Shown here piece after piece: positions 43,502-55,261 of a DNA stretch of 64,000 bases. The notes below the pieces were generated by a model. The model was not told the origin of the DNA. It made no database searches and saw only the letters and a list, made by a program, of their open reading frames with translations. Each line of letters starts with the position of its first letter. The first letter of the stretch is position 1. The translations under genes were made by a program, and so were the position numbers. The DNA comes from Methanothrix sp. (GTDB taxonomy: Archaea; Halobacteriota; Methanosarcinia; Methanotrichales; Methanotrichaceae), in the NCBI GenBank assembly GCA_040770465.1, contig JAXGJB010000002.1:32001-96000 (forward strand), read 5' to 3'.

Positions 43502-44422
43502 TTACTTGCACGAAGCTGTGACGTGCCAGTAAATGAGCAGGAGAAGTGTGACGAGCATCCATTCGCCATCGACAAAGAAATCCAGAATTAGCGGATCTTT
43601 TCGGGTGCTGAAGTACCAGATGCAAATATATCCGTAGACGGCAAACCCCTTTATCAGCAGTTTCGTCTCACCCGCTACAAAGGGCAGCAACGGCAGGAGC
43701 GTACTGTTTAATATAAACAATATCTTGGATGTATAGGATGGTCCGAGGATTACGGGCAAGGTCCTGACAGCAGATCTTCTGTCTCCCTCTACATCCCTTA
43801 TGTCGTATAGAACGGTGGCAGTGAAATCTCGAACCATCATGAAATACATGATGATAGCTATCAGACCAATTTTGGTCGGTTCCATCTGCATTCCGGGAAT
43901 CAGTGTGCATACCACCGCCCAGGAGACGGCTACAGTCACGTTCTTCATGACGGGAATGTCTTTGAGCCTCGGCAGTCCCGGGATCAGCCTGGTGCTATAG
44001 GCTGCATTTGCGACGATGGGTACAAAGACCAGGGGGACGACCGCCGGATTTCGGAGCAGGGCTATCGCCACACAGAGGACGTAAGCGGCGATCGAGTAGC
44101 AAAGGACCAGCCTCTTTCTTCTTGATATAAAGACGACCCGTTCGGGCATGTTGATGCCGTCTTCGTCCAGATCGGTGAGTTTGTTCAGGCTGTAAACGCT
44201 GAAGGTCATCAGAAATACACAGAAGCAGAGAGGGATGTCAGGTTGGGTCTGGAGGAGGATGAATCCGCCGAAGGTCTGGAAGAACCCTGTTATGCCGATG
44301 AATATCGAACTTACCGTCAGGAATATAAAAAAACGTCTCGTCAGACCGACTATACCGATCACTGCGTTTCCTATGCTATAATTAAAAATATTTTCTAATA
44401 AAATCTCCGGCGCGCCTGGCAT
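43502..44422 (-). CDS. UbiA family prenyltransferase
   Basis: Asp-rich motifs NKLTDLDED and YDIRDVEGD, multiple TM helices, RLKDIPVMKN. Confidence 0.9.
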   Translation of the reverse strand: MPGAPEILLENIFNYSIGNAVIGIVGLTRRFFIFLTVSSIFIGITGFFQTFGGFILLQTQPDIPLCFCVFLMTFSVYSLNKLTDLDEDGINMPERVVFISRRKRLVLCYSIAAYVLCVAIALLRNPAVVPLVFVPIVANAAYSTRLIPGLPRLKDIPVMKNVTVAVSWAVVCTLIPGMQMEPTKIGLIAIIMYFMMVRDFTATVLYDIRDVEGDRRSAVRTLPVILGPSYTSKILFILNSTLLPLLPFVAGETKLLIKGFAVYGYICIWYFSTRKDPLILDFFVDGEWMLVTLLLLIYWHVTASCK

Positions 44423-44518
44423 AATATAATTGATAGCCGTCCAACACTATATAACTTGCGAAAGATTTATTTATATTAAAATATGTTTAAGGGCGCTATT
44501 AAGCTTACTAGAAATAAG

Positions 44519-45349
44519 CTAAATTTTATATATAACCTCTGATTTCCGTTTAAAGTGGTCGAAAAGGCTCAATCCCCACTGGACTGCGCTATCGCTGACA
44601 CAGACCAGGTCCCTCCCGACATCATACGATCCGTCAAGTCTGTAAAGCCCCAGGTTTAATAACGATTCTGTGACTGTAAACGCCACTTTGACGGGCTCGC
44701 TGATTGAATAGAGATGGAAGTTGGGATGCTCCAACAGCTTTTTCAAAAGAACTTCGTGACTCTTAATTGTCGAATCGAGAACCTGCCGCGTGAGAATCAG
44801 CTCTATCGTTGCCCCTCTTTTGACGGGATCAGCTATTGCATCTGAAAATCCCGGAGCTATTATGGGAGATACGCCGCGAATCTCTTTGGACCGCATCATC
44901 TCCTCAACGAAGTACTCCAGCGATCTGAGGGGCGCCTCCAGGTCGTCTTTTATGACCTCCGACTGGGCCAGCATGCCGATATTCTTCAGAAGCTCAACGG
45001 GAATCCCGCTAATGTCGTGGCTCTGCCAGAAGTCCCGATGCTCTTCGAGGGCCAAGACGAAGTCGATCATCTCGGTCAGAATATGAGCCTGCATCATGCC
45101 CAGGTTGGTGAGTCCATACCCCTTGTCGACTTTGGTCACAAGGCCCGAACCGGTCAACTCCTTGATGGCGTGAAGGATCGTCGTATTTCTGATGCCCATC
45201 TCCTTCTCCAGGTCGCCGGTGTTCATGCTGCCGTTTTTCAGGCATAAAAGGACCTTGGTTCGCACTTTAGAGCGGGTGAAGGACTTCAGCGACTCCTCCG
45301 CAACGTCGTACCGTCGGCAGACCATATCGCATTTCAGCATATTTATCAC
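44519..45349 (-). CDS. wHTH + DUF1724 (FilR1 middle domain) transcriptional regulator
   Basis: N-terminal wHTH; FWQSHDISGIP, GVSPI, FTVTE..LGLY..DGSYD, AVQWG..LF. Confidence 0.85.
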   Translation of the reverse strand: MINMLKCDMVCRRYDVAEESLKSFTRSKVRTKVLLCLKNGSMNTGDLEKEMGIRNTTILHAIKELTGSGLVTKVDKGYGLTNLGMMQAHILTEMIDFVLALEEHRDFWQSHDISGIPVELLKNIGMLAQSEVIKDDLEAPLRSLEYFVEEMMRSKEIRGVSPIIAPGFSDAIADPVKRGATIELILTRQVLDSTIKSHEVLLKKLLEHPNFHLYSISEPVKVAFTVTESLLNLGLYRLDGSYDVGRDLVCVSDSAVQWGLSLFDHFKRKSEVIYKI

Positions 45350-45792
45350 CCTGGATCTTGGGGCTGAATTCGCTTTTTTATTCCTTCTTTCCTGATGCCA
45401 AGCAGATTAGAAGAGCCTCAAATGGATCTCGGTACTCCCTCTTTCCATTACGATCAGAATACACAATTTCACAAAGGACGCCGCTCTACGGCAAAGATAG
45501 CTAATATGATAAATATCTATCGATATGCAGAATTTTAAAATTCTCTTGTTATCTATTTAAAGCCGTTGTTCCATTCTATTTTTCAGGTCGTAGCACGTGA
45601 AATAAATGGTTTTTGTCCACCCGTCCCCCGCAATAATCGAATATCAACGGGTTCCTCCATCTCCGGCGAGAAAAGGCCGCCAAGTCGCGCCACTTCTTTG
45701 GATTGGCGCCGATTTTCTGGTGGTCGAACCGCAGAAGCCGCAACCCATAATGATATTGCGGAAGAATTGAAGACGAATTGCAGGAGAAAAGG

Positions 45793-45864
45793 TGCGGCTG
45801 CCGGGAATCGAACCCGGGCTACGAGCTTGGGAAGCTCATGTCCTAACCCCTGGACCACAGCCGC
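45793..45864 (-). tRNA. tRNA-Gly(CCC), no intron
   Basis: Reverse complement GCGGCTGTGGTCCAGGGGTTAGGACATGAGCTTCCCAAGCTCGTAGCCCGGGTTCGATTCCCGGCAGCCGCA folds as a cloverleaf. Confidence 0.96.
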
Positions 45865-45898
45865 TCAGCCACCTTAGGGAAGGCCTGGCTCATAAAGT

Positions 45899-48168
<2,270 letters not shown>

Positions 48169-48280
48169 AAACCGCCTCTCGCGTCTTGTTTTGAGGATTT
48201 CGCCCTTCTCAGCCGTTCCCTGCGGGATCGGCCCGATTGACGGAAAGATTTATGCACGACCGGCGTATAAGAGCCGGATT

Positions 48281-48808
48281 ATGAGAAGGAATCTAGCACT
48301 AATGGTCGCAGTTCTTGCCCTCTTACAGGCTTGGTCCGTCATGGGGCAGGATCTCACCCTCGATTCGCCTGTGGTGGCACCCGCTGCCCTCACCGATTTC
48401 CTGAACGAGAGCGATAATGTGACGGTCGACATCGCCGTCAACGACACGGTCAACGACACCGTCAATGACACAGTCAACGACACCGAGAATATGACCGCCG
48501 CCGACAACAACATGACCACCACGGCCAGCCAGCAGGAGTTCCTCGACCAGCCCGTCAGCGATATCGCGGTCGATGACAACATGACCACCACGGCCACCCA
48601 GGATGACTTCCTCGACCAACCCGTCAACCAGAGCCGGATCACAGGCTTGGAGCCGTCTTGGACGAGCAGCATATACGCGTTCCTGATGGATGAGCCGATG
48701 GAGCAGCCCGTCTCACCCTACGTCAAGGGCGAGATGAGCAGCAGCGAGGCCTCAACAGCGTCGTCGGATAATTTTTATAACAAGCACCAGATGATGGGGG
48801 ATGGATAA
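48281..48808 (+). CDS. Secreted low-complexity N-glycosylation-rich protein
   Basis: Signal peptide; 10 N-X-S/T sequons; internal repeats. Confidence 0.8.
   Translation: MRRNLALMVAVLALLQAWSVMGQDLTLDSPVVAPAALTDFLNESDNVTVDIAVNDTVNDTVNDTVNDTENMTAADNNMTTTASQQEFLDQPVSDIAVDDNMTTTATQDDFLDQPVNQSRITGLEPSWTSSIYAFLMDEPMEQPVSPYVKGEMSSSEASTASSDNFYNKHQMMGDG
48437..48484 (+). repeat. 4x 12-bp tandem repeat GTCAAYGACACN (VNDT)
   Basis: Directly visible; also a 69-bp-period direct repeat at 48509/48578. Confidence 0.9.
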
Positions 48809-48858
48809 CCTTCCTTTGAAATGTGATCGCGACGACTACGCCAAATAGTTCGCAAGCC

Positions 48859-49674
48859 TCAATCCCATATCGACTCCAGGTGGAGCCGCTCTCTTTTTAT
48901 AACCCGGACCTTGTCCTCCGTTGACAAGGTCTCGGGAAATTTCTTGTCGTCCAGCTCCAGGGTCAGGGGCCCTCTGTATCCAGCGTCCCGGAGAGCCGTC
49001 AGGACGTCGTCTGCAGATCCAGAGCTTGCGGGGAGGTGGCGAACCCCGTTGATAGTGGTGCTGACGTGGACGTTTTGGATCCGATCTCCCAGGGCCTCGA
49101 CGAAGGCCATCGCCCTGGACGAAGGGGGCGTAGCGTGGGAGATGTCGAGGGTCATACCGATGGGAAATTGGCCGAGAAATGAGGCCATCTCGTCGGGATC
49201 TGCGCAGAGGTTCCAGGGGGCTGGTTCCAGGTTCTCGATGGCCAGCAAAACTCCCCTCTCTTCGGCCCGGCCCAGGCAGGCGTCCAGATATCGGCGGAGC
49301 TTCTCTCGCTCCGCCTCACGCGCGGGCCGCTTCGCCGTCCTCTTGCCGGGATGGACGACCACCAGCTCCGCGCCCAGAAACTCCGCGAGGTCGATGGCCC
49401 GGAGAGACTCTGTGATCGTCGCCGTGCTGACGAGGTCGTTGTAGGATGAGGGGTTGAGGTCCATGACGGGGGCGTGGAGGGTCGTTATCCGCCCTCCAAG
49501 CTCTCTATTGATCAGCTTTGCCTGCTCTCTTCGCCTCCCCCCCTCCCAGTACCAGGGGGTCTCGGCCCAAAACTCCATCTCTTCGAGCCCCGCATCGCGG
49601 ATCACCACCGCCATCCTTCCGGGATCCAGATCCCAGAGGAACATTGAGGAGACGGAGACTCTCGCCACCCTCAT
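48859..49674 (-). CDS. Sugar phosphate isomerase/epimerase / AP endonuclease 2 TIM barrel
   Basis: TLHAP, VVHPG, AIENL, TLDISHA, NVHVS, HLP, LTLE. Confidence 0.85.
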   Translation of the reverse strand: MRVARVSVSSMFLWDLDPGRMAVVIRDAGLEEMEFWAETPWYWEGGRRREQAKLINRELGGRITTLHAPVMDLNPSSYNDLVSTATITESLRAIDLAEFLGAELVVVHPGKRTAKRPAREAEREKLRRYLDACLGRAEERGVLLAIENLEPAPWNLCADPDEMASFLGQFPIGMTLDISHATPPSSRAMAFVEALGDRIQNVHVSTTINGVRHLPASSGSADDVLTALRDAGYRGPLTLELDDKKFPETLSTEDKVRVIKRERLHLESIWD

Positions 49675-49949
49675 CGCCTCAGGTCTTCAATCAGCTTCTC
49701 GATCCTCGCGAGCCGCTCCATCTGAACCTGCATCCGGCGGAGGAGGATCGGGGGCGCCTCGGCGGCGGCGGTGCACTGGTCGGTCCAGCCGTCCACCTCT
49801 CGCGTGACCATCTCGACCATCCTCTCGACCTCTTCGGTGAGCCTCCCCTCCTCTCGGAGCCGCTCGACCCCGTCCCTCACCGCCTCCTGGGCCTGAGCCG
49901 TCTTCAGCAGCACGAGGTTCAGCTCCGCCTCTATCCGAGCCTGGTCCAC
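49671..49949 (-). CDS. Hypothetical helical protein
   Basis: 4-nt overlap with downstream gene, coiled-coil-like composition. Confidence 0.65.
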   Translation of the reverse strand: MDQARIEAELNLVLLKTAQAQEAVRDGVERLREEGRLTEEVERMVEMVTREVDGWTDQCTAAAEAPPILLRRMQVQMERLARIEKLIEDLRR

Positions 49950-50015
49950 CTTCCGCCCTCCACTCTTTGCATGAGATCCGAAGCCCTTCGGCCACGGGCG
50001 ACTCCAGTCCCGCCT

Positions 50016-50369
50016 TCAGCTCGACCCGAGCTTCACTATCGCCTCGGCCAGGTCCCCGGAAGCCTCTTTGAGGGCATCCCTTGCCTCCTGGGGGCTGCAT
50101 CCGGTCTGGGCCACCACCAGGTCTACGTCGGAGTCGGGGATCGAGACCTCGCGGAGCCTCTCCTCGGCGGTGCCCACCACCTGGTACGACCTGTTGCCCT
50201 GGGCGTCCATCACCGTGACCGACGCGTCCAAAAAGAAGATCTCCCGGTCCGGGGTCCTGATTATCACCTCTTCGACCCCCTCGATCTCCTCGATGCTGAT
50301 CCCCATCTGCTTCATCATCTGCTTCATCTTCTTGGGGCTTACCCCTTTGCCACCGATGCCTGGGAACAT
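50016..50369 (-). CDS. nac: Nascent polypeptide-associated complex protein
   Basis: PKKMKQMMKQMGI, EEVII, YQVVG, UBA-like DVDLVVAQTG..GDLAEAI. Confidence 0.95.
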   Translation of the reverse strand: MFPGIGGKGVSPKKMKQMMKQMGISIEEIEGVEEVIIRTPDREIFFLDASVTVMDAQGNRSYQVVGTAEERLREVSIPDSDVDLVVAQTGCSPQEARDALKEASGDLAEAIVKLGSS

Positions 50370-50700
50370 GATCAAACTTAAGCGGGCCATCTTTAGTAAA
50401 CCTATCTGTGGCCCCCCGATCGAGTCAAAAGCCCCCTCTTATTCCGCTAGCTCCGCAAAATTCCGGCCGTCTGGTGGGCCGTAGAGCGGCCTCTACTGAG
50501 AATAATTCTGGAATATGGGGGGGTTGGCTGGAAAAACTCGGCTGCAAAATCTGTCGACGGGAAAAATGTTGCCGTTGTGGGATTCTATCATGGTTAATCA
50601 TAAATATCATTATTTTAAATGGAAACGGATATATGCTATGCGGTTGTAGATGTTCCAGTCGAATCTTTTCGGCCTGTAAGGTAAATAGGAGGGAATTAAT

Positions 50701-51330
50701 ATGGCATCAGAAATGGGTGGAGGAAGGGCGAAGGACATAATGCATCTTGGCCCTCTGGACATAAGAGACACAACGTCAAACCCGGCGCCCCTTGGTCTGA
50801 TGGGCTTCGGCATGACGACGGTCCTCTTGAACATGCACAACGCTGGCTGGTTTGAGCTCGGCTCCATGATCCTGGCCATGGGACTGTTCTACGGCGGCAT
50901 CGCTCAGATCATCGCCGGGATTATGGAGTGGAAGAAGGGAAACACCTTCGGAACCACGGCTTTTACTTCTTATGGGCTATTCTGGCTCACCCTTGTAGCT
51001 CTTATCTTGATGCCCAACACCGGATGGGCGGCTGGGACGAAGACGTCGGAACCTGCATTGATTGCGTACTTCTTCATGTGGGGGCTATTCACCTTCTACA
51101 TGTTCATAGGCACCCTGAGGCTGAACAGGATCCTTCAGATCGTCTTCCTCACCCTGACGATCCTCTTCTGGCTCCTGGCCATCAGGGACTACACCGGCAG
51201 CGCCACCATAGCCACCATCACCGGCTACGAGGGGATATTCTGCGGCTTTACCGCCATATACGCCGCATGCGCCCAGGTCCTCAACGAGGTCTACGGCAGG
51301 ACGGTCCTGCCCATAGGGCCGATGAAATAG
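50701..51330 (+). CDS. Acetate uptake transporter (SatP/Ady2/GPR1-FUN34-YaaH family)
   Basis: Signature [33 protein letters not shown]. Confidence 0.95.
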   Translation: MASEMGGGRAKDIMHLGPLDIRDTTSNPAPLGLMGFGMTTVLLNMHNAGWFELGSMILAMGLFYGGIAQIIAGIMEWKKGNTFGTTAFTSYGLFWLTLVALILMPNTGWAAGTKTSEPALIAYFFMWGLFTFYMFIGTLRLNRILQIVFLTLTILFWLLAIRDYTGSATIATITGYEGIFCGFTAIYAACAQVLNEVYGRTVLPIGPMK

Positions 51331-51363
51331 CCGGATATAGCCTGAGATGAATTTGAGCCTAAG

Positions 51364-51654
51364 ATGAATCGAACAGCATCAAACCTGCTGGTCGACGTCA
51401 TCTCTTTTCTTGCTTTTTTGGCGTCGACCGTCTCAGGTCTTGTCCTCTGGTTGGCTCTCCCAGGCGGAGGATACGGGTTTCGCGGCGGCAGAGCCGCGGC
51501 GGTGGAGCATCTCTTTTTGGGCCTGTCCCACCAGGAATGGCTGACCATTCACCTTCTGACGAGCCTGATATTTGTTGTCCTCATCGTCATCCACATAGCC
51601 CTCCACCGGCGCTGGATCAGAAACCTGGGCAAGATGGTTGGAAGACGTCAGTAG
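51364..51654 (+). CDS. DUF4405-like small membrane protein
   Basis: SGLVLW ... WLTIH..S......IHIALH..WI (His pattern). Confidence 0.8.
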   Translation: MNRTASNLLVDVISFLAFLASTVSGLVLWLALPGGGYGFRGGRAAAVEHLFLGLSHQEWLTIHLLTSLIFVVLIVIHIALHRRWIRNLGKMVGRRQ

Positions 51655-51846
51655 ACCGCCTTCAATCATCGATCCTCTTTCTGCTGCCCTTCGGCTGGAG
51701 ATCGTCCTCTTTAAGGGACGATCACAGGCCACCCGAAGTCCACCGCCCCGAAATCCAACCCCAAAGAACCTTATATTCTGACGACCTTTAGAATATCTGG
51801 TGTATTGGTCATGATGCATTCTGGAGATAGAATCAAGGGCGGAGAT

Positions 51847-52707
51847 ATGCCGATCGACCTGATAGAGAAGGTCGACGTCATGTTGGATCAGTTCATGGGG
51901 ATCGTGGACAACCTGGTGGTGGAGCGGAAGATCCAGAGGGGTGTCGTCCGGAGCCAGAACCCCAGCAGCATCGTGGCGGTCTTGGACAAGGCCACTCTCT
52001 ACATCCTGGCCCAGAACCATGCCGGCGCCCTCTCCACCATGTACACATACCATCCCGATAAGCAGATCTCCGAGCAGAAGGCGATCAGCAGCGCGCGGTG
52101 GGAGTTCGGGTATGAAGACCCCCTGATGATCGTCTTCCCCAAAGTGGTCCTCGACCAGACCGACGGGGAGAGAAGGGACATCCTCCGGGTGATCGCCCTC
52201 TCCCACGTGGAGTCCGAGGTTCTGAGAGCCATAGACCTCATGAGCCTGATGCAGATCAGGCCTCTCTTCGGCCACGCCTCCTACATAGTGGACGATCGAA
52301 CGGCATCGGTCCTCGTCCCCCTCACCGACGAGGGGGACGACCTCTACGACGATGCGGTGAAACCGGCCCTGGAACGGGCGGGGCTCATCCCCCGGAGGGC
52401 CCTGGAGTTCGGCGACGATGAGGAGAAGCTGAAGGCCATCTGGAGGGACGTATGCAGGTCCAGGATGGTGGTGGTCGACCTGACGGGAGCTGACCCCATG
52501 GTGATGTACGAGCTTGGGATCGCCCATGCGGTCGGAAAAGAGTCGCTCGTCCTCTGCCGTCGGGGAAGCTGCCCCAAATTCCCGGAGAAGCTGATCCGGG
52601 CCAACTTACTGGAGTACGATGACGGCGAGGACGGTATGGTCAAGCTGAGGGCGGATATGGCCGAGGTCCTTTTCCAGATGATCAACCCGGTGATGGGCTC
52701 GGATTGA
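51847..52707 (+). CDS. Hypothetical protein with C-terminal nucleoside 2-deoxyribosyltransferase-like domain
   Basis: SRMVVVDLTGADPMVMYELGIAHAVGK; N-terminal ~150 aa unrecognised. Confidence 0.7.
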   Translation: MPIDLIEKVDVMLDQFMGIVDNLVVERKIQRGVVRSQNPSSIVAVLDKATLYILAQNHAGALSTMYTYHPDKQISEQKAISSARWEFGYEDPLMIVFPKVVLDQTDGERRDILRVIALSHVESEVLRAIDLMSLMQIRPLFGHASYIVDDRTASVLVPLTDEGDDLYDDAVKPALERAGLIPRRALEFGDDEEKLKAIWRDVCRSRMVVVDLTGADPMVMYELGIAHAVGKESLVLCRRGSCPKFPEKLIRANLLEYDDGEDGMVKLRADMAEVLFQMINPVMGSD

Positions 52708-52792
52708 TCGTCATAAAATTTGGGCGCTTGGAGATCATCTAGATCATCTCTTAGCGCCCTCCCATCTTTCTTCTCTTTTAATCCAACGGCGG

Positions 52793-53353
52793 CTAGCACG
52801 ACTTCTTCATCGACAGGTAGACTCTGGCGAACTCGGTGTTCACCCCGACCACCTCGTCGTTGAAGCCCAAGAGGTTCTCGGGGACGGGGCCCAGGCCGTC
52901 GGCCTTCTCCTGAGAGTCGACGACCGACCCAGGCGGGACGAACTTTCCGTCCGCGAGTTTTACTCCCACCACCAGAGAGAGATGGCCCACGAAGCACTTC
53001 TTGCCCAGGGTCGAGGCGTGAACTACGGCGTTGAAGCCGACGAAGCTCTCGTCTTTGATCTCCAGAGGCCCGTGGACCACCGCGCCGTGGGCGATGGATA
53101 CCCGTCGCCCAAGCCTTATGCTCGTCCCCTCGAGGCCGTGGAAGACCGCGCCGTCCTGGACGTTGCACTCGTCCCCGATGATTATCGGCGTCGCCTCGTC
53201 GGCCCGGACGGAGGCCCCGGGGGCGATGTAGACCCTCTCTCCGACCCGCACGTCTCCAATGACTGAAGCTGCCTCATCGACGTAAGCTGTTCTGGCGATG
53301 GTGGGCATCGATTCGGCATCGTTCCAGGAAGTTCTCGGATTGGCTCTGATCAT
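52793..53353 (-). CDS. Gamma-class carbonic anhydrase (Cam/CamH-like)
   Basis: Hexapeptide repeats, RADE, NVQDGAVFH, IAHGAVVHGP (three His ligands). Confidence 0.93.
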   Translation of the reverse strand: MIRANPRTSWNDAESMPTIARTAYVDEAASVIGDVRVGERVYIAPGASVRADEATPIIIGDECNVQDGAVFHGLEGTSIRLGRRVSIAHGAVVHGPLEIKDESFVGFNAVVHASTLGKKCFVGHLSLVVGVKLADGKFVPPGSVVDSQEKADGLGPVPENLLGFNDEVVGVNTEFARVYLSMKKSC

Positions 53354-53769
53354 CCAAATTCACCGACCTCTAACTTACCTTCTAAGATAAAAGGCATTAT
53401 CATCAAAGACCGTGGCCATTATCATGGGTCAGATCAGTATAAAAACGCCACCGCGAACTAAATAATATAAATCTCTGATAATCACCATCCTATTAGGGAT
53501 ACTTCCGGACCAATAATGCCAACTGAAGGCAGGATAGTCGTCTTTTGAGCGTCAGTCAATGGCCTGTATTTTATATAGGTAACGGATAATCGGGATAGTT
53601 AGCGGTAATTTTAAATAGATAGCACGCTCCTATAAAATAGCCCCACAAATCTTTGGTATGACGTCCTCTGGGAGGGAGGCGCCAATTGGGGAAGTATCTT
53701 TCAGCAGTTCGTATGTACGAATGATGTTATCTCGAAAATCTAGCTTTTGACATACGGGGTGTTAAATAG

Positions 53770-55032
53770 ATGGGAGAAAGTGGACACATACTGGGTATGG
53801 AGGCTGAAAAGGGCCGATGGCTATTTGTCATCATCGGCATGATAATCAACCTCTGTTTAGGTAGTATCTATTCGTGGAGCGTCTTTAAAGCGCCGCTTAA
53901 AGCCTTTCTTGAGACCATTGGTCCAGAGGTGAGCGCTTCAGAGCTGCAATTGCCGTTTATGATCTTTCTTGCGTTCTTCGCGGTGGCAATGGTCCTTTCT
54001 GGGGGCTTTATCGAGAAGTACGGTCCTCGCAAGGTCGTTATTGTCGGCGGGGTTCTGACGGGCCTTGGATGGCTCTTGGCATCCATGGCAAGTTCGATAA
54101 TGATAATGACCGTGACCTACGGGATAGTGGGCGGGATCGGCGTCGGGATAGCCTACGGCGTCCCCGTGGCCATGTCCGGCAGATGGTTCCCCGACAAGCG
54201 TGGGCTTGCGGTGGGGCTCACCGTTCTTGGCTTCGGCTTTTCGGCCTTCTTCACCGCGAATATAGCGAACGTCCTCATCGCCTCCAGCGGTGTGATGCAG
54301 ACATTCCGGATCTTTGGGATAGCCTTCATCATAATCATGGTGGTTCTGGCGACGCCCCTAGTCTTCCCGCCCGCTGGCTGGAAGCCCGCTGGCTGGACGC
54401 CGCCGGCGCCGAAGCCCGGTGCTGGAGCCTCTTGTGAATTAAAGCGGCAGCAGATGCTCAAAGAAAAGTCCTTCTACGGCCTATGGCTCTGCTACTTCAT
54501 AGGATGCCTGGCCGGTCTTATGGCCATCTCCATCTCCGCCGACGTGGCGGCAGAGGTGGGGACAGATGCAGTGGCGGCCCTGCTTTTGGGATTCTCTCCC
54601 GTCGGGTTCTTCGCCATATTCAACGGCGGCGGGCGGCCGGTCTTCGGAACCCTCACCGACAAGCTGACACCCAGAAACGCGGCGATCGTCTCCTTCGTGC
54701 TGATCATCTTTGCGTCGCTGATCATGAGGCAGATGCAGACCGCCCCGGTGTACATACTGGCATTCGCCATCCTTTGGGGATGTCTAGGCGGCTGGCTCGC
54801 CATAGCGCCCACCTCCACAGCATCCTTCTTTGGGACGGGCGATTATCCTCGGTGTTACGGCGTGGTTTTCCTGGCCTACGGTGCGGGGGCCCTGGTGGGT
54901 CCGATGATGGCGGGTTGGATCAAAGACGCAACTGGAAGCTTCATCGGAGTTTTCCCGTATATTATCCTCTTGGCGGCTGCTGGAATCGTCATAGCCTTCC
55001 TCATGATGAAGCCCCCCGTGGCGAAGGAGTGA
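53770..55032 (+). CDS. OFA family (oxalate:formate antiporter-like) MFS transporter
   Basis: LGSIYSWSVF, KYGPR, WFPDKRGLAVG, NGGGRPVFGTLTDK; about 12 TM. Confidence 0.92.
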   Translation: MGESGHILGMEAEKGRWLFVIIGMIINLCLGSIYSWSVFKAPLKAFLETIGPEVSASELQLPFMIFLAFFAVAMVLSGGFIEKYGPRKVVIVGGVLTGLGWLLASMASSIMIMTVTYGIVGGIGVGIAYGVPVAMSGRWFPDKRGLAVGLTVLGFGFSAFFTANIANVLIASSGVMQTFRIFGIAFIIIMVVLATPLVFPPAGWKPAGWTPPAPKPGAGASCELKRQQMLKEKSFYGLWLCYFIGCLAGLMAISISADVAAEVGTDAVAALLLGFSPVGFFAIFNGGGRPVFGTLTDKLTPRNAAIVSFVLIIFASLIMRQMQTAPVYILAFAILWGCLGGWLAIAPTSTASFFGTGDYPRCYGVVFLAYGAGALVGPMMAGWIKDATGSFIGVFPYIILLAAAGIVIAFLMMKPPVAKE

Positions 55033-55261
55033 TCTCGCCATCAAAGAGAATGGAGGTGATAGATACAGGCCGATGGCTGGAGCCCCGGGGAGGACGCGGC
55101 GATGGGCGCCGCATCACCCCGGCCCGTCCATGCCGAGCCGCGATCCGGTTCTGTTGATCTGATATTTTCCTGGTTTTCCTGGCCCGCTCCGGCGGTCCAT
55201 ATCTTCTCTTTTCAGGGTTTCGCGAAAGATATTAAATGAAATTCCGCCATAATATCTCGCC

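Noticed and set aside
41650-45864. Integrated element at tRNA-Gly
   Set aside because: Lower-GC genes lie at the tRNA 3' side, but I found no integrase and no duplicated tRNA 3' end (att site) in the window.
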